A stretch of 57,127 bases of DNA. It comes from Fimicolochytrium jonesii (Eukaryota). The stretch spans positions 744,001-801,127 of the forward strand of contig NW_026515678.1 of assembly GCF_025526975.1 (NCBI RefSeq), given 5' to 3'. A model generated the notes under the pieces. It was not told the origin of the DNA and did not search any database. It was given only the letters and a program-made list of their open reading frames with translations. This document shows positions 49,000 through 57,127 of the stretch, piece after piece. A program made the position numbers and the translations under genes. Numbering within the stretch: the stretch's first letter is position 1; every line of letters starts with the position of its first letter.

Positions 49000-51465
49000 C
49001 TACAAGAACAGCAAACCAACAAAAGCCGCCAACCCAGTAGCAGCGGCAGCCTCCGGGATGGAAGCCCTGAACGCACCGCTCCCAACGTTGGGGCGGCGAG
49101 AGTCACGGTTCTGCACCGGGACTCCAGCGGGAGTTGGGATCGTGTCAGCATCCTCCCACACAGGTGGCGTGTTGGGATTGCTGGCACGGATGTTGATGAG
49201 GCCAGAATGCTCAACGACGGCGCCACGGTTATCGGAAGCCCACACCATCCAGTTTCCGGGTGGCGCGATGTTGGCCGAGGCGGGGAGCTGGACGAGGAGC
49301 TTGTCCTTGCCGTACTTCAAGATCTCCAGCTCGATGTGGCGCTGGTCGAGGTTGACGGTGTGGGTCATGGATGCGTAGCGAATGATGCTCACGGAGACGA
49401 TGGTATTGGCGATTGCGTCTGTGAAGCGCACGACGATCTGCTGCCCGTAGGTCGCCTTGGCGGTGAGGAAAGGCAGAACGAGCTTGGGAGGGTTCGCGAT
49501 GAACTTATATGGAGGCCAGTACAGATCCAGCGACCTATAGCGAGGACAGAAATCAGTATCGTTAATGACTATGATTCATTGCTGTGAGAGTGCAGTAGAC
49601 TTACATGTCGTCGGGTCGTCCGTTGGCAAAGTCGTCACCGTTCTGCGCATCACCACCACCAGTGACCACAGTTCCGTCTTCACGCAACAGAGCCGTGTTG
49701 TGGTAATGGCGACCCGTGGGTGCAGCTGCACCTACGGTCCAACGCTTCGGATTTCCTCTAGCGTAGGAAGGATTAAAAATGACAGGCTCCTTCACGCCCT
49801 TACTGGCCTTTGGCTGTCCAAACACGCCCCCCTGGTGTCCCTGTCCGGAGCCAGACACGATGAGAATCGTGCCGTCGGGGAGGTTGACAGCCGCGGGCTG
49901 AGATCGCGCCAATGGCATTGTTCTCCTTTTGCCAGTCCAGGTTGGTGGTGACCGTAGCGCCCTGGTCCTCGAGCGTGAACCAGTGGCAGACGCTGGTGGG
50001 GGCGCAGTTGGGGCAGTTTGACCATTCATCTTTCCCGCCGTACTCGCGAGGTACGGGCGTTCCGTCCGGCGCTGTTCCGTTTACACCGCCGCAAAGCCAG
50101 GTCTCCATACGATAGTTGTCGCGGAAGGACAACATCGGCACAAAGTTAGTGCCGGCGAACGGGAAGGACAGGGGCTGCAGTCCATTCTCCTTTGTAAGGT
50201 CCATGACCAAGTGCGGGGTCTCTGTGCCGGTCGCTGGATCGACGATCGCGGACTCGCTGTGCGCGAACATCCAGACTTTGCCGGAACTAGGCAGAATGTA
50301 AGCCACGGGGTACATGTTTACTGGGAAGTGCCGGGCCAGGAAAGCGAGAGGTTTGGAAGGGCCTCCTTGGCCTTGTTTGTCGCTCCACATCTACAACATC
50401 TACGATGGAGCATTCGCATTCGGGTCCGAGGCATTGAAGAAGTAGTGCTGGCCTAACAATGCAGATTTACACGTAAATAAATAAGAAGCTATCAACAGCG
50501 AAGGTGTAAAACGAAACTGACCACCAATGATCATGATCTCCTCCGTGGGAAGAGCGAGCAGGGATGGGTACCATCGTCCCCAATACGTGTATGTGTTCCC
50601 TCCAGCCTGATCGGGTTGCATGTCAGGCGGGCGATACATGGAAGCAACAACGGTAAGCTCCGCTTCTGTGGTGGCTGTCGACGGGTTGTAAACCCTGATA
50701 TCAGAACGCCCGTTACTTCGTAGAGTTGTCGTTCCAAACACTGGTCAGTGACATGTTCACAGCGCTATCCTTTGGGCATAAAGCTGACAGAGGCTTACGA
50801 AGTATAGTTCCCGGCCGAGCCATCCCAATTCTTGTTCCAGAACTGATCTCCACCAGCGACCAGATAAGATCCGTTGGCCAGCTGGGCATGGCCGGAGCAG
50901 AATGCATATCCATGCAACTGGCCCGTGTAGTCCTTCACGAAGTTCCTGTTGATGAACGTCGTCTTCTGCGCAACACCGTCCCATTCGGCGGCATCCGTGA
51001 AGAACGGGAGGCCCTTGAGATTGGGGTTGCCGTGATACCACTGGCTCGCACCGATTGTGGCAAGCTCCGCAGCGGTCCAAATTGTTGGGTCGGAGTCGTA
51101 GATGTGGAGACGCTCTCCCATGTAAAACTGACGCGTTCAGAAAATGCGGGATATGTCAGGCAATTGATACTCACTCTTGACTCGCCCCGGCTCCACGTAA
51201 GGAAGAGCTCGATCCTAACCTTGTCTCCGGGAGTGTAAAGCAGATGGATCGGCACAACGCCAGCGTTGGGAGTCCTGGGGACACGCAGAAATTCATTGAG
51301 AAACGTCCCACAACCCTACACAAGTATATGCGTCACAACTTACCAAGTTTGCCATTTACCGATAACAACGGGATCGGTCGCTGCGACATCGGCGGCCTGA
51401 ACGGCGCCCATGGCCGCTACGGCGGACAGTGCCAGGAAGGCACGCATTCGATGCACGGCTGCCAT
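49000..51465 (-). CDS. Secreted copper radical oxidase (AA5, glyoxal oxidase-like), likely GPI-anchored; multi-exon
   Basis: Signal peptide MAAVHRMRAFLALSAVAAMGAVQA. Catalytic motifs FCSGHAQLANG (Cys), GRWYPS (Tyr), RHYHNTALLREDG (Tyr-His) and SMTHTVN (His). Hydrophobic C-tail AAFVGLLFL. Confidence 0.85.
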
Positions 51466-51569
51466 GTGGTATTTTCCTCGCCGCGAAAGTATCAGGGAAC
51501 AACCTGCTGCCTCTACGAATAGTTGCCAATGCAAGGGACGGAAGTCGAGTTCGACCCTTAGTGCACCTC

Positions 51570-51588
51570 TTAGGGTTTAGGGTTAGGG
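51570..51588 (+). repeat. Short telomeric tract at the junction of unique DNA and the element array
   Basis: TTAGGG TTTAGGG TTAGGG immediately precedes TTACAAGACCCC. Confidence 0.85.
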
Positions 51589-53606
51589 TTACAAGACCCC
51601 CTGGGTTGGGTTTTATTTTTGGGTTGCCTGGAACCCTAGGGACTTAGAAATTTTCGGGTTTTTTGGCTTTTGGGTGTGTTCTACAGTTCAAATTCTTGAC
51701 TCTGAGGGGTGTGGTGGCGGGGGGTGTTGCGCACCTAGGCAAGTCAGGGGGGACTAGGTGTGCAAGGGCAAGTGATGGGTCATATGGGTGGTGGTGCGGG
51801 TACGGGGGGGGGGGCAGGGGTGCCAATAGGGGAGGGGGGGGGGGTTGATATAAAGGGGAAATATATGTTATATATACGTTATAGGACTTGTGCAAATTGG
51901 GATTTTTTTAGTGCCGATCTGGAGTTGGCGTCCTAATTAAAAGTTGGCCCCATATCATATTCTCTAATTGAAGTACTCTCGGATTGGCAATCCGTGCGGA
52001 AACGGCTTCAGAAACTTAGAAAAACGAAATTTTCACGCGACGGGGGGTAAAAAGTTGGAAAATGTGGTGATATCTCAACATCTGGCTGACTATCCAGTGG
52101 AGGGCACTTAATGAAAGTTGATTGTAGCCTATGGTTTGCATAGCTGATGTGGTAGCAAATCTTGTGTAACCTTGCTTTTGGCTGAAGAACAGGGCCCCTT
52201 TTCAATTCTCAAGTAGTGACCCCCAAGACCTCCTAACAAAAGACACGAGTACGTATGTGCAGGCAAAGGGGTTTGGCTGTGTTCTCCAGTAAACATTTTG
52301 TGATTCCGCTGTGCATCGTAGACTGTTTGTAGGACCGTTGCGGGCTTGCTTGCAGGGTATGCAGAGTGAGAGGGTTGGGGTTAGAGATTTCCCAGATCAC
52401 TTATTAAATTCAGCCAAACTGTCTCTGTCATGGAACATTTAAAATGGTGGAAAGTAGTATTGCATTTATTGATTTAGAGTACATTGGAAAAGCGCACATT
52501 CAGAAAAGGGTTTTGGTGTAAAGTTATCAACGACATTCAACAGTACTAAAGGACTTCCGCAAGCATGTCACGGACTTGGTTCTGTCCAAAAGTCGTACGG
52601 CACTCAGGGTACCTGGCGCAGCGGAGACGGAAACGATGCTGACCGCCAATGCTATGAAAAGCTGAGCCTCCACAGTTGGGACATTGAAGCTGATCACGAT
52701 GCTGATGGAAGAGTTCACGGATATTGCCAATGGGAGCAGCATCAGGCACTTCCCCATCCCCATGACCCCACCAAGCACGAGCAGGATCAATGACGGGTGC
52801 AATGCCTTTGAACCATCCGGGATTGAAACCAAAAGAGTTGAGAACATCTCGGAAGCGCTGACAGTCTGTCACAGTAGTCTGTCTATTGCGATCTCCTCTG
52901 AATAGAACTCTGGTGGCAGCGTCCATGATGCCATTGATGAGACTGTAGTACTCTTCCACCGGCACAAGCTTCAAGGAGTTTGCGCCCATGTGCTGGAAAA
53001 TGGTCTCGATCTGGTCCAAATGGAGATTCAAAACCATCTGTTCCGCTGATTCCAACCTGGCGCACTGAACTCGCACTTCAACTCGCATGCCAGTAATGTG
53101 GAGCGGGTGACCGTTGAGCCATTGACGTAAACCTCTCAGTGTCTCACTGCGATCACCAAGGCTGGACTTGGTTTGGGGCATTCGCGAAGACAAAGTCGAA
53201 GAGTAGGCTTTGAGCGCATGAACAAGCTTTGGGTAGCAAGTAACCCGAACATTGGCGTGACCCGCAATGTCAAAGCGGGTGGACCCAAATCCCTCACCAA
53301 GGATGGTGAGCATGGGAAAGGTGGCTCCAACTCCACGTCCATTGTAGCAAACCAAAGGAATGACACCACGAGTGTTGAATGTCTGACCAATGTCCCATGT
53401 GTTGAGTGCAGCATCGGGATGGTTGCTCACTTCCTGGTCAAAGGAGTAGGCTGGCAAAGTCTGAATGCGTTGCTTCATTCCATACTGCACAATGCGTACA
53501 GAGGGTGACACAGCACCAATGATGTCCTGGAACCCAGACATCAACAGATTTTGCCGCCCAGCAATCAATCGTGAGTGATCCGTGCTTTCCCTCACGATGA
53601 TCGAAT
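51589..53606 (-). mobile_element. Telomere-associated element, copy 1 (2018 bp)
   Basis: Starts TTACAAGACCCCCTGGG, ends ...GATGATCGAAT, and is flanked by TTAGGG tracts. Near-identical to 54864-56883. Confidence 0.85.
52546..53595 (-). CDS. Element-encoded 349-aa protein with C-terminal C4 zinc ribbon (function unknown; possibly 5'-truncated)
   Basis: Intact ORF that is identical in copy 3. C-terminal CPNCGG-x15-CARYPEC. The frame stays open upstream through the telomeric tract (Leu-Thr repeats); the first ATG is at codon 19. Confidence 0.7.
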   Translation of the reverse strand: MRESTDHSRLIAGRQNLLMSGFQDIIGAVSPSVRIVQYGMKQRIQTLPAYSFDQEVSNHPDAALNTWDIGQTFNTRGVIPLVCYNGRGVGATFPMLTILGEGFGSTRFDIAGHANVRVTCYPKLVHALKAYSSTLSSRMPQTKSSLGDRSETLRGLRQWLNGHPLHITGMRVEVRVQCARLESAEQMVLNLHLDQIETIFQHMGANSLKLVPVEEYYSLINGIMDAATRVLFRGDRNRQTTVTDCQRFRDVLNSFGFNPGWFKGIAPVIDPARAWWGHGDGEVPDAAPIGNIRELFHQHRDQLQCPNCGGSAFHSIGGQHRFRLRCARYPECRTTFGQNQVRDMLAEVL

Positions 53607-53699
53607 GGGTTAGGGTTAGGGTTAGGGGTAGGGTTAGGGTTAGGGTTAGGGTTAGGGGTAGGGTTAGGGTTAGGGTTAGGGTTAGGGTTAGGGTTAGGG
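53607..53699 (+). repeat. Interstitial telomeric tract, 93 bp (GGG plus 15 hexamers; GTAGGG variants at hexamers 4 and 9)
   Basis: Direct reading of the sequence. Confidence 0.95.
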
Positions 53700-54856
53700 T
53701 TACAAGACCCCCTGGGTTGGGTTTTATTTTTGGGTTGCCTGGAACCCTAGGGACTTAGAAATTTTCGGGTTTTTTGGCTTTTGGGTGTGTTCTACAGTTC
53801 AAATTCTTGACTCTGAGGGGTGTGGTGGCGGGGGGTGTTGCGCACCTAGGCAAGTCAGGGGGGACTAGGTGTGCAAGGGCAAGTGATGGGTCATATGGGT
53901 GGTGGTGCGGGTACGGGGGGGGGGCAGGGGTGCCAATAGGGGAGGGGGGGGGGGTTGATATAAAGGGGAAATATATGTTATATATACGTTATAGGACTTG
54001 TGCAAATTGGGATTTTTTTAGTGCCGATCTGGAGTTGGCGTCCTAATTAAAAGTTGGCCCCATATCATATTCTCTAATTGAAGTACTCTCGGATTGGCAA
54101 TCCGTGCGGAAACGGCTTCAGAAACTTAGAAAAACGAAATTTTCACGCGACGGGGGGTAAAAAGTTGGAAAATGTGGTGATATCTCAACATCTGGCTGAC
54201 TATCCAGTGGAGGGCACTTAATGAAAGTTGATTGTAGCCTATGGTTTGCATAGCTGATGTGGTAGCAAATCTTGTGTAACCTTGCTTTTGGCTGAAGAAC
54301 AGGGCCCCTTTTCAATTCTCAAGTAGTGACCCCCAAGACCTCCTAACAAAAGACACGAGTACGTATGTGCAGGCAAAGGGGTTTGGCTGTGTTCTCCAGT
54401 AAACATTTTGTGATTCCGCTGTGCATCGTAGACTGTTTGTAGGACCGTTGCGGGCTTGCTTGCAGGGTATGCAGAGTGAGAGGGTTGGGGTTAGAGATTT
54501 CCCAGATCACTTATTAAATTCAGCCAAACTGTCTCTGTCATGGAACATTTAAAATGGTGGAAAGTAGTATTGCATTTATTGATTTAGAGTACATTGGAAA
54601 AGCGCACATTCAGAAAAGGGTTTTGGTGTAAAGTTATCAACGACATTCAACAGTACTAAAGGACTTCCGCAAGCATGTCACGGACTTGGTTCTGTCCAAA
54701 AGTCGTACGGCACTCAGGGTACCTGGTGCAGCGGAGACGGAAACGATGCTGACCGCCAATGCTATGAAAAGCTGAGCCTCCACAGTTGGGACATTGAAGC
54801 TGATCACGATGCTGATGGAAGAGTTCACGGATATTGCCAATGGGAGCAGCATCAGG
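53700..54856 (-). mobile_element. Telomere-associated element, copy 2 (truncated, ~1157 bp)
   Basis: Same TTACAAG end as copy 1. It stops at ...AGCATCAGG inside the ORF and continues into GTTAGGG. Confidence 0.85.
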
Positions 54857-54863
54857 GTTAGGG

Positions 54864-56883
54864 TTACAAGACCCCCTGGGTTGGGTTTTATTTTTGGGTT
54901 GCCTGGAACCCTAGGGACTTAGAAATTTTCGGGTTTTTTGGCTTTTGGGTGTGTTCTACAGTTCAAATTCTTGACTCTGAGGGGTGTGGTGGCGGGGGGT
55001 GTTGCGCACCTAGGCAAGTCAGGGGGGACTAGGTGTGCAAGGGCAAGTGATGGGTCATATGGGTGGTGGTGCGGGTACGGGGGGGGGGGCAGGGGTGCCA
55101 ATAGGGGAGGGGGGGGGGTTGATATAAAGGGGAAATATATGTTATATATACGTTATAGGACTTGTGCAAATTGGGATTCTTATAGTGCCGATCCTGGAGT
55201 TGGCGTCCTAATTGAAAAGTTGGCCCCATATCATATTCTCTAATTGAAGTACTCTCGGATTGGCAATCCGTGCGGAAACGGCTTCAGAAACTTAGAAAAA
55301 CGAAATTTTCACCCGACGGGGGGTAAAAAGTTGGAAAATGTGGTGATATCTCAACATCTGGCTGACTATCCAGTGTAGGGCACTTAATGAAAGTTGATTG
55401 TAGCCTATGGTTTGCATAGCTGATGTGGTAGCAAATCTTGTGTAACCTCGCTTTTGGCTGAAGAAAAGGGCCCCTTTTCAATTCTCAAGTCGTGACCCCC
55501 AAGACCTCCTAACAAAAGACATCGAGTACGTATGTGCAGGCAAAGGGGTTTGGCTGTGTTCTCCAGTAAACATTTTGTGATTCCGCTGTGCATCGTAGAC
55601 TGTTTGTAGGACCGTTGCGGGCTTGCTTGCAGGGTATGCAGAGTGAGAGGGTTGGGGTTAGAGATTTCCCAGATCACTTATTAAATTCAGCCAAACTGTC
55701 TCTGTCATGGAACATTTAAAATGGTGGAAAGTAGTATTGCATTTATTGATTTAGAGTACATTGGAAAAGCGCACATTCAGAAAAGGGTTTTGGTGTAAAG
55801 TTATCAACGACATTCAACAGTACTAAAGGACTTCCGCAAGCATGTCACGGACTTGGTTCTGTCCAAAAGTCGTACGGCACTCAGGGTACCTGGCGCAGCG
55901 GAGACGGAAACGATGCTGACCGCCAATGCTATGAAAAGCTGAGCCTCCACAGTTGGGACATTGAAGCTGATCACGATGCTGATGGAAGAGTTCACGGATA
56001 TTGCCAATGGGAGCAGCATCAGGCACTTCCCCATCCCCATGACCCCACCAAGCACGAGCAGGATCAATGACGGGTGCAATGCCTTTGAACCATCCGGGAT
56101 TGAAACCAAAAGAGTTGAGAACATCTCGGAAGCGCTGACAGTCTGTCACAGTAGTCTGTCTATTGCGATCTCCTCTGAATAGAACTCTGGTGGCAGCGTC
56201 CATGATGCCATTGATGAGACTGTAGTACTCTTCCACCGGCACAAGCTTCAAGGAGTTTGCGCCCATGTGCTGGAAAATGGTCTCGATCTGGTCCAAATGG
56301 AGATTCAAAACCATCTGTTCCGCTGATTCCAACCTGGCGCACTGAACTCGCACTTCAACTCGCATGCCAGTAATGTGGAGCGGGTGACCGTTGAGCCATT
56401 GACGTAAACCTCTCAGTGTCTCACTGCGATCACCAAGGCTGGACTTGGTTTGGGGCATTCGCGAAGACAAAGTCGAAGAGTAGGCTTTGAGCGCATGAAC
56501 AAGCTTTGGGTAGCAAGTAACCCGAACATTGGCGTGACCCGCAATGTCAAAGCGGGTGGACCCAAATCCCTCACCAAGGATGGTGAGCATGGGAAAGGTG
56601 GCTCCAACTCCACGTCCATTGTAGCAAACCAAAGGAATGACACCACGAGTGTTGAATGTCTGACCAATGTCCCATGTGTTGAGTGCAGCATCGGGATGGT
56701 TGCTCACTTCCTGGTCAAAGGAGTAGGCTGGCAAAGTCTGAATGCGTTGCTTCATTCCATACTGCACAATGCGTACAGAGGGTGACACAGCACCAATGAT
56801 GTCCTGGAACCCAGACATCAACAGATTTTGCCGCCCAGCAATCAATCGTGAGTGATCCGTGCTTTCCCTCACGATGATCGAAT
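54864..56883 (-). mobile_element. Telomere-associated element, copy 3 (2020 bp)
   Basis: Both ends are the same as copy 1; differences cluster at ~55175-55525. Confidence 0.85.
55823..56872 (-). CDS. Second intact copy of the 349-aa element protein
   Basis: Translation is identical to 52546..53595 in the ORF track. Confidence 0.7.
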   Translation of the reverse strand: MRESTDHSRLIAGRQNLLMSGFQDIIGAVSPSVRIVQYGMKQRIQTLPAYSFDQEVSNHPDAALNTWDIGQTFNTRGVIPLVCYNGRGVGATFPMLTILGEGFGSTRFDIAGHANVRVTCYPKLVHALKAYSSTLSSRMPQTKSSLGDRSETLRGLRQWLNGHPLHITGMRVEVRVQCARLESAEQMVLNLHLDQIETIFQHMGANSLKLVPVEEYYSLINGIMDAATRVLFRGDRNRQTTVTDCQRFRDVLNSFGFNPGWFKGIAPVIDPARAWWGHGDGEVPDAAPIGNIRELFHQHRDQLQCPNCGGSAFHSIGGQHRFRLRCARYPECRTTFGQNQVRDMLAEVL

Positions 56884-56976
56884 GGGTTAGGGTTAGGGTT
56901 AGGGGTAGGGTTAGGGTTAGGGTTAGGGTTAGGGTTAGGGTTAGGGTTAGGGTTAGGGTTAGGGTTAGGGTTAGGG
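56884..56976 (+). repeat. Interstitial telomeric tract, 93 bp (GGG plus 15 hexamers; GTAGGG variant at hexamer 4)
   Basis: Direct reading of the sequence. Confidence 0.95.
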
Positions 56977-57035
56977 TTACAAGACCCCCTGGGTTGGGTT
57001 TTATTTTTGGGTTGCCTGGAACCCTAGGGACTTAG
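56977..57035 (-). mobile_element. Telomere-associated element, copy 4 (59-bp stub)
   Basis: TTACAAGACCCC...CCCTAGGGACTTAG then switches to GGTTAGGG, where intact copies read ...ACTTAGAAATTTT. Confidence 0.85.
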
Positions 57036-57127
57036 GGTTAGGGTTAGGGTTAGGGTTAGGGTTAGGGTTAGGGTTAGGGTTAGGGTTAGGGGTTTAGGGT
57101 TAGGGTTAGGGTTAGGGGTTAGGGTTA
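57032..57127 (+). repeat. Terminal telomere (TTAGGG)n
   Basis: TTAGGG repeats with a few G/T slips run to the end of the sequence, with the G-rich strand 5'->3' toward the end. Confidence 0.92.

Noticed and set aside
51644..52205. Short ORFs repeated in each element copy (61-101 aa)
   Set aside because: Homopolymer length differences shift their frames between copies, so this is most likely non-coding 3' region.
52180..52215. Possible hammerhead ribozyme core (CTGAAGA followed by a short hairpin) in the element, as expected for Penelope-like elements
   Set aside because: No GAAA follows the putative stem II, and it lies antisense to the ORF.
51570..57127. CRISPR-like repeat/spacer array or LTR element
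   Set aside because: The repeats are telomeric hexamers and the intervening units are copies of one sequence. There are no cas genes, LTRs, PBS, RT or integrase.

Overview
Eukaryotic, intron-containing, fungal-type sequence that runs out to a chromosome end (terminal TTAGGG tract at 57032-57127). Two systems dominate. (1) A self-contained subtelomeric NRPS cluster (about 5.4-47.6 kb). It holds a ~20-kb five-module NRPS (half-C-A-T-E-C-A-T-C-A-T-C-A-T-T-T-C-A-T-FSH1 hydrolase), three unrelated Fe(II)/2-oxoglutarate dioxygenases, a Zn2Cys6 transcription factor, an ABCC exporter and its own Sfp-type PPTase. (2) A head-to-tail array of a ~2-kb telomere-embedded element (four copies, 51589-57035). 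All copies share one exact centromere-proximal end fused to TTAGGG, have variable distal ends and are separated by TTAGGG tracts. The element encodes a 349-aa protein with no reverse transcriptase motifs but a C-terminal C4 zinc ribbon. The array begins only ~105 bp upstream of a copper radical oxidase gene. The left 5 kb holds a membrane-protein gene and an ankyrin gene bracketed by an inverted repeat. Gene models, splice sites and family calls were made by eye from motifs; no database search was run.
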